Positions 1 to 10,027 of a DNA stretch of 64,000 bases are shown here, in pieces (the first letter of the stretch is position 1; each line of letters opens with the position of its first letter). Location: NCBI GenBank assembly GCA_046541915.1, contig JBKHCI010000001.1, positions 11,083 to 75,082 on the forward strand, read 5' to 3'. The position numbers were made by a program, and so were the translations under genes. Under the pieces are notes generated by a model. The model ran no database searches, was not told the DNA's origin, and saw only the letters and a program-made list of their open reading frames with translations. The stretch is from Desulfonatronovibrio sp. Lineage in GTDB: Bacteria; Desulfobacterota; Desulfovibrionia; Desulfovibrionales; Desulfonatronovibrionaceae.

Positions 1-2442
1 GATGTCGTATTTCTTCATCTCAGCCCGGACCATGTCTCCTTTCTGCTCCACGCTGAAGCCGATTTTTTTGAGTATGGAAGATATAAGGACCGCCCTTCTG
101 ATTCTGGGACCCGCGTCAGCAGCCCCGCCCTTGAAAGAAAAGGTTATGTAATTGTCGTTGATATGCTCTGAACAATAGACGTCCAGAGTAATAAAATGAT
201 AACCCGGCCTGGCGTTGAAATTCAGGTATTCGCCTGAGATTATGGCATAGTTGGAGAAACGGCTGCCTCCTTTTGGTCCGTAATATCTATCCAGACGGCT
301 GTCTGATACCCGTGCATGCCCGGGAATAGTAATGTCTTCTGGTCCTGTCCACCGCACTTCCTGATGAGTCATGCCTTTAAGAAGGGCCTGCAGGGGTACA
401 GATGAAATCTCCTCGGCAGTGGCTGAGGTGCGGTTTTTTTCAACATCAAGCCCTCCACCCAGGTCAAGGATGTAAATGCTGATGGGCAGCCTGGTTTCAA
501 GTTTTATGGTCCTGTATTTTCCCAGAGTGATATTTTGTCCCAGACTGAACATGTCCTGCATAGCCATTTCGTGAGAGAAACGGACTATATCATGCAGAGT
601 GACGCACCCCTGGGGAGAAAAATTATCATTTTTTGGATCAACGAGGGTTAAAGGAACAATTTTTCTGATGTTTTTCTGAACCAGTCGGAACACAGGGCTG
701 TCTTTCATCAGGTTGACTGATTTTTTTTTCTTTTTCAAAAGGGTCTGGACAGCTCCCTGGTAGACCTTCTTGTGTGTGGCATCCAGGGTGATAAGTTCAT
801 GGTCGGGAATCGTTGTGGTGGCACTGCCTGTGGATACAAGAGTGGGGATCTGAAATTCCCTGGCCACGGATGACATGTGTCCGGTAACACTGCCTACGTC
901 TGTAATGATTCCTGCAATTCTGGACATGACAGAGACCAGTCCGGGAGATGTGTGTTCAGCGACCAGTATCGCGCCTTGAGGTATGGCTGCGAGGTTATGC
1001 TCTGACTTGACGTGATACGCCGGTCCGCTTGCGATTCCGGAAGAAGCGGTCATGCCGCCCTGCAGGATAAGGGGGTGTCTGGATATGTCTTCTTTGCTTG
1101 TTTTCTGCAGAGAGGACTGATCCAGAGACACCCGGGTCAGAGGTCTGGACTGCAGAATTAAAACCCTGCCCTGTTGATTTATGGTCCACTCCATATCCAC
1201 GGGCCATCCAAAATGCTTTTCCAGTCTCAGTCCGTAATCCGCGAGAGTTTTCATCTGGCTGGCGTTGATACATGGTTTATTCTGAAGGTTATCCGGAACA
1301 GGAACCGCTTTTATGCCCTGGTCCCGGGCCATGACCAGCATCTGTTTTTTGGAAGCGATCCTTTCACGGACGATATATTGCTCTGTTCTGCTGTATTGCC
1401 AGAAATCCGTTGGCATTGAACCGTCCACCACGCTCACGCCCAACCCCCAGTTTGCATTGATGCAGATGTCGTTATTACTGTCATCGGTGGGACTCACGCT
1501 GTAAAGGACTCCGCTGCTCAAGGAGTCAACCATGACCAGGCACAGCACGCTCATAACCACATCAATATCCCGATACCCCTTGCTGCGGTGATAAAAGACA
1601 GCCCTGGGATTGAAGGTGCTGGCAACCACCTTCTGGTAAGCGTGGATTATGTTTTTGCTGCTGACATTGAGCAGTGTGCTGTGCTGTCCTGCAAAGGAAG
1701 ATTCTGAATCCTCTCCGGTAGCGCTGCTGCGCACAGCCAGGCGTATTCCGGTTCCAAATTCATTTTCCAGTTCTGTTACTTCATGCAGGATGGATTTTTC
1801 AAGCTCCCCGGGCAGCTCTGTATTCATTATTTCAGTCTGAATCTGCGCGCACACCTGGTTGAGGTTCCGGGTGTCTGAAATGTTCAGGCCTTTGACCATG
1901 CCGCTTATTATCCTGTCCAGGCCTGTTTGTTTAAGAAACTGATGCGTTGCAAAAGCGGTAATGGCAAAACCGCGGGGTGTGGGCAGATTAATCCGATTAA
2001 GTATTTCCCCAAGATTGGCCGCCTTGCTCCCCACCTGATGGTGGTTGTCCCTGCTTAATCCGGTCAGGGCAACGGTCCAACCGGTTTTTTCCGGCTTTTT
2101 CTTGTACACAAATTCGCGCAGGATTGAGATGCCGATGTTTTCAGTTTTCTGGAACAGCTCAGGATATTTTCCTCCGGATATGGCATTGATATCTTCTGAT
2201 ATGTCATAAACCGTACTTATGAGTTTTTCGCATAAGGACATTATCTCCTCTAAATCAAACGGCAGATGCTGCAGATATATATCCTCCAGCTCGTTGATAA
2301 GAGACAGGGCGGAATTATTTTTGCTCAGCAGGCTTTTGAAATGTTCGTATTTGCGTTTAAAGGCGGCCTTCTCAATACTGCTAAATGATTTATCTGTAAC
2401 GTGCCTTCCAGGCGGTGAATTTTTATCAGCAACCATGTCCAT
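1..2442 (-). CDS. PEP synthase/PPDK-like protein (ATP-grasp plus His swivel domain, atypical C-terminus); 3' end runs off the window
   Basis: Not in the ORF track because it has no stop in the window. ATG 2442 follows GAGG. I checked the frame by hand at 2442 (MDMVADKNS...KRKYEHFKSLL), at ~720-745 and at 1-72 (LKKIGFSVEQKGDMVRAEMKKYDI), not at every codon. Swivel motif ITDVGSVTGHMSSVAREFQIP lies at ~845-905. Confidence 0.85.
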   Translation of the reverse strand, partial: MDMVADKNSPPGRHVTDKSFSSIEKAAFKRKYEHFKSLLSKNNSALSLINELEDIYLQHLPFDLEEIMSLCEKLISTVYDISEDINAISGGKYPELFQKTENIGISILREFVYKKKPEKTGWTVALTGLSRDNHHQVGSKAANLGEILNRINLPTPRGFAITAFATHQFLKQTGLDRIISGMVKGLNISDTRNLNQVCAQIQTEIMNTELPGELEKSILHEVTELENEFGTGIRLAVRSSATGEDSESSFAGQHSTLLNVSSKNIIHAYQKVVASTFNPRAVFYHRSKGYRDIDVVMSVLCLVMVDSLSSGVLYSVSPTDDSNNDICINANWGLGVSVVDGSMPTDFWQYSRTEQYIVRERIASKKQMLVMARDQGIKAVPVPDNLQNKPCINASQMKTLADYGLRLEKHFGWPVDMEWTINQQGRVLILQSRPLTRVSLDQSSLQKTSKEDISRHPLILQGGMTASSGIASGPAYHVKSEHNLAAIPQGAILVAEHTSPGLVSVMSRIAGIITDVGSVTGHMSSVAREFQIPTLVSTGSATTTIPDHELITLDATHKKVYQGAVQTLLKKKKKSVNLMKDSPVFRLVQKNIRKIVPLTLVDPKNDNFSPQGCVTLHDIVRFSHEMAMQDMFSLGQNITLGKYRTIKLETRLPISIYILDLGGGLDVEKNRTSATAEEISSVPLQALLKGMTHQEVRWTGPEDITIPGHARVSDSRLDRYYGPKGGSRFSNYAIISGEYLNFNARPGYHFITLDVYCSEHINDNYITFSFKGGAADAGPRIRRAVLISSILKKIGFSVEQKGDMVRAEMKKYDI

Positions 2443-2531
2443 AACCTCATTAAGTTTATTTCAGGTATTATAACGCAGATACTCAAAGCTCAGTCCTGAG
2501 TCAAAGTCAAGTTTTCCTCAGGCTGTGATCA

Positions 2532-2582
2532 GTAAGCACAAGGGCCTGCAGGCAGGAAATGCCGGCAGGCCCTTGTGCTTAC
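2532..2582. terminator. Long inverted repeat, probable terminator of the 2603-2983 gene
   Basis: GTAAGCACAAGGGCCTGC...GCAGGCCCTTGTGCTTAC, 20 bp past the stop codon. Confidence 0.65.
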
Positions 2583-2602
2583 GAATTTTGGAAAAAATTT
2601 AA

Positions 2603-2983
2603 TTATTCAGGCATCTGTGAAGAGTGATGTTCAACAATGAGCCAGTGATCCCCAAACCACTGGTATACAAAGGTGTAGCGGGCGCTGACAGAAAATGGCT
2701 CCTGTCCGTCGGGGCTGAATGTAAAAGTGTAGATTCCTGAATCAATGGCAATATCATTGTATTTTCTGATATTGCTTTCATCAATTTTGCCCCTGGGCTT
2801 TTTGGCCAGAAAATGCACAAAATAATCTCTGATTTCATCGTGGTTGTGCCGGACTTTATTGGAAACAGTGGGCAGGAGTATGCCGTTAAAGGCATACATG
2901 CTGGTCACCTTGTCCGGATCACCACTCTTCACAGCATTGTTCCACCTGTTAAAAAGCTCTGCGATCTCTTGTTTGTAATCCAT
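2603..2983 (-). CDS. NTF2-like SgcJ/EcaC (DUF4440; CaMKII association-domain-like) protein
   Basis: 126 aa; LFNRWNNA, LLPTVSN, IRDYFVHFL, SGIYTF, ARYTFVY, WLIVEHHSSQMPE; GGAGG RBS. Confidence 0.85.
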   Translation of the reverse strand: MDYKQEIAELFNRWNNAVKSGDPDKVTSMYAFNGILLPTVSNKVRHNHDEIRDYFVHFLAKKPRGKIDESNIRKYNDIAIDSGIYTFTFSPDGQEPFSVSARYTFVYQWFGDHWLIVEHHSSQMPE

Positions 2984-3046
2984 GGTTATCCTCCAATCTA
3001 TGCTGGTTTAACGCGGTATGTTGTATGCTGACCGCCGCGCATGGTT

Positions 3047-4501
3047 TTATAAGGTGATGGGCATTCCCATCAGAGGCCAGACCAGGATGATGAACAGACC
3101 GACCACAGCCATGAGCAGGATGCTTGCGGGGATGCCGTAGCCGAAAAATTGCCCGCTGGTGAACTGGCCTGAGTTGTAGGCAATGGCGTTGGGCGCGGCT
3201 CCCACCAGGAGCAGAAAAGGCATGCCGGCCACAGTCAGGGCGCTGTAGAGGATAACCTCTGGAGCAACATCCAGGTAGGGGGCCACCACCAGGGCCACAG
3301 GCAGGGAAATAGCTATGGAAGCCACGTTCATGATAAAGTTGGTCATGATCATGATGAAAAAGGTGATGCTCATGACAAAGATGAACCAATGTGAATCTTG
3401 AAAAAAACTGAGCCAGTTAATGGCCATCCACTCTGCCGCGCCGGTCTGCCACAGGCAGAAGCCTATGCTCATGGCCCCGGCAAAAAGCAGAATAATATTC
3501 CAGGGCACGTCTTCCAGATCCTTAATGTCAAGAATTTTCAGGATGAAGAATGAAATAGTGGACACCAGAAGAATGGCGGCCTTGTTGAATGGCTGGAGGA
3601 CCTCAAGAAAAGATTGCAGGGAAAGGAACAAAATCACACCTCCGATAATAAATACAGCCAGGATTTCATGTCGGGTGATGGGGCCCATTTCCTTGCTCAG
3701 TTTTTTGGCCTTTTCTCTCAGTCCGGGTATGGTGGCTTTCTCGGGCTTGAAGAATATCATGAAAAATCCCCAGAGCAGAAAGGTCATGAGCCAGCCCATG
3801 GGAAACATGTAAAAGGTAAGTTCAAAAAAAGATACTGATTTTTCAGCAATTTGCTCGTAAAAACCCAAGGCTATGATGCCCCGGGCCGCTCCAAGAAGGG
3901 TGACGATGCTTCCTGCCCCGGCAACAAAAGCCATGCCCATGAACAGGCCTTTTCCGAATTTAGTGGGTTTATCCCCTTCTCCGTACAGGGCGTAAATGGA
4001 AAGCAGCAAAGGATACATGGTGGCGGCCACTGCGGTATGGGCCATGAGATGGGTCAAAAGAGCGGTGACTACAAAACACCCCAGATAGATCATGCTGGTT
4101 CTTTCTCCGACGATTATAAGCATTTTGTAAGCCATTCGCCTGGTTATGCCTACTTTTGTAAATACCGCGCCGATCATGAGCGAACCAAATATAAAAAGCA
4201 CTGAAGGATCCATAAAATCTTTGAATGCGTCCTGGGCCGGGCGGATAAAGAACAGGGCCTGCATGACCCCGATGGTGATTCCGGTCACTCCAATAGGCAC
4301 CACTTCAAAAATCCACCAGATTCCGGCCATAAGAAACAGGGCTACTGCTGCCTTTCCCTGGGGTGACAACGTGAATGTCTGTCCCATGGGGTCCACAGCA
4401 TCCGGCCACGGCGGGGAATAATAAACCACAAGGAAAATAACAAACCCTAAAATGAGAAAGACGACTTTTGTCATGTTGAACTTTTCAGCGGCAGCGGTCA
4501 T
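3047..4501 (-). CDS. SLC13/DASS family Na+-coupled anion (sulfate/dicarboxylate) symporter
   Basis: 484 aa, many TM helices; WWIFEVVPIGVT, LMAHTAVAA, VPWNIILLFAG, TNFIMN, GAAPNAIAY. Confidence 0.9.
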   Translation of the reverse strand: MTAAAEKFNMTKVVFLILGFVIFLVVYYSPPWPDAVDPMGQTFTLSPQGKAAVALFLMAGIWWIFEVVPIGVTGITIGVMQALFFIRPAQDAFKDFMDPSVLFIFGSLMIGAVFTKVGITRRMAYKMLIIVGERTSMIYLGCFVVTALLTHLMAHTAVAATMYPLLLSIYALYGEGDKPTKFGKGLFMGMAFVAGAGSIVTLLGAARGIIALGFYEQIAEKSVSFFELTFYMFPMGWLMTFLLWGFFMIFFKPEKATIPGLREKAKKLSKEMGPITRHEILAVFIIGGVILFLSLQSFLEVLQPFNKAAILLVSTISFFILKILDIKDLEDVPWNIILLFAGAMSIGFCLWQTGAAEWMAINWLSFFQDSHWFIFVMSITFFIMIMTNFIMNVASIAISLPVALVVAPYLDVAPEVILYSALTVAGMPFLLLVGAAPNAIAYNSGQFTSGQFFGYGIPASILLMAVVGLFIILVWPLMGMPITL

Positions 4502-4504
4502 TAT

Positions 4505-5071
4505 TTACTCCTGGGATTTTTCATAGTTACATTCTCTGATCTGTTCTCTGATCAACTTGAACAGGTCGATGGAACGGATCATTCCCGCAAATTTGTCCCT
4601 GTCGTCCATGACCAGCAGGCTTTCATGTTTGTTGAGGATCATCTTGTGCAGGGCTTTATTCAGGCTGTCACTGATGTGAATGGTTTCAGAGGGGGAGAGA
4701 TCCAGCATGATCTCCTTGATTTTAATATGGACAGCTTTGGCGCAAAGTTTTTCAAGGGGCTCGGCCCATAATCCGCTTTTTTTAAAGATAGATTCCAGGT
4801 AGTCATTGCTGAATCCAAAGTGATTCAGATTTATGCTGGAAATTTCATTGTATTTGGGTTCGATCCCGCGCATGAAATCAAAGATGGAGAGGCGGGAAAC
4901 AGCTTGGTCTGACTGGTTTACAACAATAATGGTGGTGTGGAGTCTCTGACTTCCTGATTCTTTTTCATGGTTTTCCAGAGCCACAACAGCCTCGTACAGG
5001 GTGGATGAATCCGGAAGAGTAACATATTCCTGCCTGGGAACCATGAGTTTTTTTACTGTGGTAAATTCCAC
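4505..5071 (-). CDS. CBS-domain (Bateman) protein
   Basis: 188 aa; VKKLMVP...TLYEAV and IKEIM...SLNKALHKM...LLVMD...GMIRSIDLF; GTG start after GGGAGG; 3 bp from the transporter start. Confidence 0.85.
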   Translation of the reverse strand: MEFTTVKKLMVPRQEYVTLPDSSTLYEAVVALENHEKESGSQRLHTTIIVVNQSDQAVSRLSIFDFMRGIEPKYNEISSINLNHFGFSNDYLESIFKKSGLWAEPLEKLCAKAVHIKIKEIMLDLSPSETIHISDSLNKALHKMILNKHESLLVMDDRDKFAGMIRSIDLFKLIREQIRECNYEKSQE

Positions 5072-5196
5072 CTTAATAACCTCCCTAACTTTAATATGTT
5101 GTGTTGCTGTTGCGCGGGCATTGTCTGAACGGTTACAAGCCAGATAATTTCCTGAGTATTTATAGAATTCGGTATATGGGCATATGCTGGTTTGAC

Positions 5197-5214
5197 TTGT
5201 TATTTTTTTCTCAA
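5197..5214. promoter_or_regulatory. Putative Rex operator
   Basis: TTGTTA-TTTTTT-TCTCAA versus Rex consensus TTGTGA-N6-TCACAA (2 mismatches), ~125 bp upstream of the CBS gene. Confidence 0.45.
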
Positions 5215-5737
5215 GCAGTAACCCTAAACATTTATAAGGCAGGTTTTATCTGCCTTGAACAGCCAGAGAGTATGTGATGAACAATGATATGAAACCCCTC
5301 AGAATGACGGAGGTTGAGTGTAGAAGGGTAGCACGGGTCAGGTGTTTGAGTTATTGGTAATTTATCTGAGCAAAAAAATAAAATCAAGAAGAATATGGGT
5401 TCAGATATCCCAAAAATTTCTATTGCGGGGGTGTCGACTCAAGGGATGCTTTGAGACACCCGTAAGAAGGCGCTCTGCAAAACGGCCTGGAAGATATTTC
5501 TTTACGCAAGATATGGTGATAACAGGACAAAGAGTATCTTTAAAAACTGGTTGCATTTTTCTTGTTTTGAAAGTATCAGTCTATTTCTTTCTCCATTCCT
5601 GAAGAGAAACAGGAAAAACCCAGGAAAGACTGAGTTCAGAAGTTTTCATGTACGCCTGGCCATCCCTGCAAGGATATGCCCCGGAGCCTGATCAGGGCAT
5701 TAAGGACAATATTTTTTAAAATCCAGCCAAATTTATG

Positions 5738-5782
5738 TTGCAAGTTGTAAAAGTTGTGAGTAGTATGTTCACAAATTCACAA
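5738..5782 (+). promoter_or_regulatory. sigma70 promoter of sat with overlapping Rex-like half-sites
   Basis: TTGCAA(5738)-N17-TAGTAT(5761); TTGTGA at 5754, TCACAA at 5769 and 5777. Confidence 0.6.
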
Positions 5783-5823
5783 GGCAATTAATCTAAAAAG
5801 AAACAATTTAAGGAGGTTTTGCA

Positions 5824-7128
5824 ATGTCTAAACTAATACCCCCTCATGGAGGGAAAGGCCTTACTGAGTGCCTTCTGGAAGGCGCTGAAAGGGAAGCTGA
5901 GCTGAAGAAGGCCCAGGGCCTGAAGAAGATCGAGATTCATCCCCAGGAAAAGGGTGACCTGATTATGATGGGCATAGGCGGCTTCAGCCCTTTGACCGGC
6001 TTTATGAAGCGTGAAGACTGGAAGTCTGTCTGCGAAAATTTTACTCTGGCAGACGGCACATTCTGGCCTGTCCCGGTCATGCTTTCTGTTTCCAAGGATG
6101 AGGGCGAAGCCATAAAAGAAGGTGACGAACTCACCCTGGAATGCGAGGGCGAGATATACGCCACCATGAAAGTGACTGAAAAGTACGCCATGAGCGAAGA
6201 TGATAAGAGATGGGAAGCCGAAATGGTCTATAAGGGCAACGGCGAAGATTCACAGGGTGATTTTTTCAGGACCGCTCTGGAAGACCATGTAGGCGTTCAG
6301 AAGGTCATGCAGCGTAAAGAATTCTGCCTGGCCGGACCTGTCAAGGTTCTTTCCGAAGGTGACTACCCTACTAATCCCAAGTACCGCGGATCTTATCTGC
6401 GGCCTGCTGAGACCAGAAAGATTTTTGAAGATCGCGGCTGGTCCAAGATCGCTGCACTGCAGCTTAGAAACCCCATGCACCGTTCTCACGAACATCTGGC
6501 TAAGATTGCTATTGATGTCTGCGACGGCGTGCTTATTCACTCCCTTATCGGCAATCTCAAACCTGGAGACATCCCTGCGGATGTTCGTCTGGAATGTATT
6601 GAAACCCTTATCGACGGTTACTTTGTCAAGGATAATGTCCTGCAGGCTGGATATCCTCTGGACATGCGCTATGCCGGACCCAGGGAAGCCCTGCTGCACG
6701 CTACTTTCAGGCAGAACTACGGCTGCAGCCATATGCTTATCGGCCGTGATCACGCCGGCGTGGGTGACTTTTACACCCTGTTCGAAGCCCAGGAGATTTT
6801 CGAGCGCATTCCCTATTCTACAGAAGAAGAACGCTGCAAGGTAGAGCCCGGCAAGGCCCTGCTCTGCGAAGCCATGAAGATCGACTGGACTTTTTACTGC
6901 TACAAATGTGACGGTATGGCTTCCATGAAGACTTGCCCTCACGGCAAGGATGACCGGGTAATTCTCTCCGGAACCAAGCTGCGTAAGGCTTTGTCTGAAG
7001 GTGAGCCTGTGGTTGATCATTTTGGGCGTGAAGAAGTGCTGGACATTTTGCGCGCGTATTATGCAGGTCTCACTGAAAAGGTTGAGATCAAGATGCAGAA
7101 AGCCGCTTCCGGCGCTGACATGAAGTAG
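5824..7128 (+). CDS. sat: Dissimilatory sulfate adenylyltransferase
   Basis: 434 aa; [50 protein letters not shown]. Confidence 0.99.
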   Translation: MSKLIPPHGGKGLTECLLEGAEREAELKKAQGLKKIEIHPQEKGDLIMMGIGGFSPLTGFMKREDWKSVCENFTLADGTFWPVPVMLSVSKDEGEAIKEGDELTLECEGEIYATMKVTEKYAMSEDDKRWEAEMVYKGNGEDSQGDFFRTALEDHVGVQKVMQRKEFCLAGPVKVLSEGDYPTNPKYRGSYLRPAETRKIFEDRGWSKIAALQLRNPMHRSHEHLAKIAIDVCDGVLIHSLIGNLKPGDIPADVRLECIETLIDGYFVKDNVLQAGYPLDMRYAGPREALLHATFRQNYGCSHMLIGRDHAGVGDFYTLFEAQEIFERIPYSTEEERCKVEPGKALLCEAMKIDWTFYCYKCDGMASMKTCPHGKDDRVILSGTKLRKALSEGEPVVDHFGREEVLDILRAYYAGLTEKVEIKMQKAASGADMK

Positions 7129-7144
7129 TTTGTTGTTGAAACAA

Positions 7145-7186
7145 GCCGGGCATGAGCCTGGGGCTTTTGTCCGGCATTTTGTTTTC
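7145..7186 (+). terminator. Probable terminator after sat
   Basis: GCCGGGCA..AGCC/GGCT..TGTCCGGC followed by a T-rich tail. Confidence 0.5.
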
Positions 7187-7188
7187 CC

Positions 7189-7218
7189 TTGACAAGGAAA
7201 TCTGAACACGGCTATTTT
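7189..7218 (+). promoter_or_regulatory. Putative sigma70 promoter of aprBA
   Basis: TTGACA(7189)-N18-TATTTT(7213). Confidence 0.5.
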
Positions 7219-7347
7219 TGCTTTTCACAGATTAATAATTCTTTGTTGGGGAAGGCGAACGGAAATGTATCCGCTTCGTCTTTATAAAAGCCCAGTTCTA
7301 TGGGCAAGTTAAGTGGTATACAAAAACCTACAATTAGGAGGAACATT

Positions 7348-7851
7348 ATGCCAACCTTTGTAAATCCGGAAAAATGTGACGGCTGTAAGGGCGGAGAAAA
7401 GACAGCTTGTATGTACATCTGCCCTAACGACCTGATGATCCTCGATCCTGAGGAAATGCTTGCTTACAACCAGGAGCCTGACGCCTGCTGGGAATGTTAT
7501 TCCTGTGTAAAGATCTGTCCTCAGGGCGCCATTGAAGCACGTCCTTACGGTGACTTTGCACCCATGGGCGGTACTTCCATTCCAATGCGCAGCGGTTCAG
7601 ACATCATGTGGACTGTTCAGTTCCGCAACGGCAACATCAAGCGTTTCAAGTTCCCCATCAGGACCACTGAAGAAGGTTCAATCAAGCCTTACGAAGGCAA
7701 GCCTGAACCAGGTGACCTTGATAGCGAACTGCTTTTTACTGAGACTGAGCTGGCAAAGCCCAAAGAGGTTCTTGGCAAGAAGTTTGATGTGGATCAGCCT
7801 GAAATGACTCAATGCTGGTTTGAGCCCTCTTGTGAAGCAGGAAACAGATAG
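7348..7851 (+). CDS. aprB: Adenylylsulfate reductase beta subunit
   Basis: MPTFVNPEKCDGCKGGEKTACMYICP and CWECYSCVKICP; start moved to ATG 7348 after AGGAGG. Confidence 0.98.
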   Translation: MPTFVNPEKCDGCKGGEKTACMYICPNDLMILDPEEMLAYNQEPDACWECYSCVKICPQGAIEARPYGDFAPMGGTSIPMRSGSDIMWTVQFRNGNIKRFKFPIRTTEEGSIKPYEGKPEPGDLDSELLFTETELAKPKEVLGKKFDVDQPEMTQCWFEPSCEAGNR

Positions 7852-7900
7852 TCTTAGTTAATCGCTAAAATTGCTTATTAAAATTTAAGGAGGTATTTTT

Positions 7901-9889
7901 ATGCCAGTCATTCCATCCAAAAGCCAAAATATTGGTATCCCTCTTGCCGAGCCGGAAATAGTAGAACTTGAGAAAGATATTCTCATGGTCGGCGGCGGCA
8001 TGGGTAACTGCGGCGCAGCCATTGAAGTTAAAAAGTGGGCAGATCCGCACAACCTGAGTTATCTCCTGGTGGATAAGGCAGCTCTGGAGCGCGGTGGTGC
8101 TGTTGCTCAGGGTTTGTCCGCCATTAATACTTATATCGGCGAAAATGAGCCTGATGACTACGTGCGCATGGTGCGTACCGACCTCATGGGTATTGTCCGC
8201 GAAGACCTTATCTTTGATCTGGGCCGTCACGTTGATGATTCAGTTCATCTGTTTGAGGAATGGGGACTTCCCTGCTGGGTTAAGGACGAAAACGGCAAAA
8301 ACCTGGATGGTGCCCAGGCCAAGAAAAAAGGTCTGTCACTGAGAACAGGCGCAACACCGGTTCGTTCCGGCCGCTGGCAGATCATGATCAACGGTGAGTC
8401 CTACAAGGTAATCGTTGCTGAAGCAGCCAAGAACGCCATTGGTCAGGACAACTATATTGAACGTCTGTTTATTGTTAAGCTGCTCCTGGACGCTAATGAG
8501 CCAAACCGCATTGCCGGTGCTGTTGGTTTTTCAGTTCGTGAAAACAAAGTATATGTCATTAAATGTAACGCCATGCTGGTAGCCTGCGGTGGAGCAGTTA
8601 ACGTGTACCGTCCAAGGTCAACCGGTGAAGGTCTTGGCCGCGCCTGGTATCCTGTATGGAACGCAGGTTCCACTTACACCATGTGTGCCCAGGTCGGCGC
8701 TGAAATGACCATGATGGAAAACAGATTCGTGCCTGCCCGTTTTAAGGATGGTTACGGTCCTGTTGGCGCGTGGTTCCTGCTTTTTAAAGCTAAAGCCACC
8801 AATGCCAAGGGTGAAGATTACTGCGTCACCAACCGTGAAATGCTCAAGGATTACGAAGCTCAGGGATACGCCAAAGGACAGGTTATTCCTACCTGCCTGC
8901 GTAACCACATGATGATGAGGGAAATGAAAGAAGGCCGCGGTCCCATTTATATGGATACTGCTACCGCACTGCAGGACACCTTTAAGGAACTTTCCAAGAA
9001 AGAACAGAAGCATCTTGAGTCTGAAGCATGGGAAGACTTTCTGGACATGTGTGTTGGCCAGGCCAACCTGTGGGCTTGCATGGACATCGAGCCAGAAAAG
9101 GTCGGTTCCGAAATCATGCCTACTGAGCCTTACCTGCTGGGTTCTCACTCCGGCTGCTGCGGTATCTGGGTTTCCGGTCCGGACGAAGACTGGGTTCCAG
9201 ACGACTATAAAATCAAGGCCGACAACGGCAAGGTCTACAACCGCATGACAACTGTCAACGGACTGTGGACATGCGCTGACGGCGTTGGTGCTTCCGGACA
9301 TAAGTTTTCTTCAGGTTCTCACGCTGAAGGACGTATCGCTGGAAAGCAGATGGTGCGCTGGTGTGTTGATCACAAGGATTTCAAGCCTACCCTCAAGCAG
9401 GATGCTGCTGAGCTGGCCAAAGAAATCTATCAGCCCTGGTATACATATCAGGAAAATCAGGCAATATCCACTGCTCCTGACATCAACCCCAAGTATATCA
9501 CCCCCAAGAACTTCATGATGCGTCTTATGAAGTACACAGATGAATATGGTGGTGGTTGCTCCACATACTACACTACTTCCGAGACTCTTCTGGAAGTTTG
9601 TGAAAAGCATCTGGATCTCCTGGAAGAAGACTCCAAAAAGCTGTGCGCCCGTGACATGCACGAACTGCTCCGCGCGTGGGAAAACTACCATCGCCTGTGG
9701 ACAGTACGTCTGCACGTTCTGCATATCAAGTTCCGTAAAGAATCCAGGTATCCCGGCTTCTACTACCGTGCCGACTACATGGATCTTAATGACAAAGAAT
9801 GGAAATGTTTTACCAATTCCAGATACAATCCTGAAGAAAAGAAGACAGACTTCTTTAAGAAGCCTTACTATCAGATCATTCCGGATTAA
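7901..9889 (+). CDS. aprA: Adenylylsulfate reductase alpha subunit
   Basis: 662 aa; GGGMGNCGAA, AVAQGLSAINTY, WQIMINGESY, GHKFSSGSHAEG. Confidence 0.99.
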   Translation: MPVIPSKSQNIGIPLAEPEIVELEKDILMVGGGMGNCGAAIEVKKWADPHNLSYLLVDKAALERGGAVAQGLSAINTYIGENEPDDYVRMVRTDLMGIVREDLIFDLGRHVDDSVHLFEEWGLPCWVKDENGKNLDGAQAKKKGLSLRTGATPVRSGRWQIMINGESYKVIVAEAAKNAIGQDNYIERLFIVKLLLDANEPNRIAGAVGFSVRENKVYVIKCNAMLVACGGAVNVYRPRSTGEGLGRAWYPVWNAGSTYTMCAQVGAEMTMMENRFVPARFKDGYGPVGAWFLLFKAKATNAKGEDYCVTNREMLKDYEAQGYAKGQVIPTCLRNHMMMREMKEGRGPIYMDTATALQDTFKELSKKEQKHLESEAWEDFLDMCVGQANLWACMDIEPEKVGSEIMPTEPYLLGSHSGCCGIWVSGPDEDWVPDDYKIKADNGKVYNRMTTVNGLWTCADGVGASGHKFSSGSHAEGRIAGKQMVRWCVDHKDFKPTLKQDAAELAKEIYQPWYTYQENQAISTAPDINPKYITPKNFMMRLMKYTDEYGGGCSTYYTTSETLLEVCEKHLDLLEEDSKKLCARDMHELLRAWENYHRLWTVRLHVLHIKFRKESRYPGFYYRADYMDLNDKEWKCFTNSRYNPEEKKTDFFKKPYYQIIPD

Positions 9890-9899
9890 TCAGCACCGT

Positions 9900-9934
9900 A
9901 AAGGCTGCGGGCTTTTTAGCCCGCAGCCTTTTTT
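9900..9934 (+). terminator. Rho-independent terminator after aprA
   Basis: AAAGGCTGCGGGCT-tttt-AGCCCGCAGCCTTT plus T run. Confidence 0.85.
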
Positions 9935-10027
9935 ATGGTCTAAGTCTGAGCTGAAAAAAAGTTCTGTGTTTAGTTTGGCCTTAGGCCATTTTCGTGAGAT
10001 AAGGCAAATAATTAGGGAGGAATTAGA

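Noticed and set aside
721-735. A9-rich tract (minus strand) as a phase-variation site
   Set aside because: It encodes KKKKK in frame, with no sign of a shift
995-2473. Short ORFs suggesting a broken or pseudogenised region
   Set aside because: They are shadows of one long minus-strand CDS (2442 to the window edge) whose frame is consistent at the points checked
5342-5602. 86-aa ORF upstream of sat and hairpin at 5423-5465
   Set aside because: No recognisable motif or RBS; the hairpin is single-copy in the window and cannot be assigned
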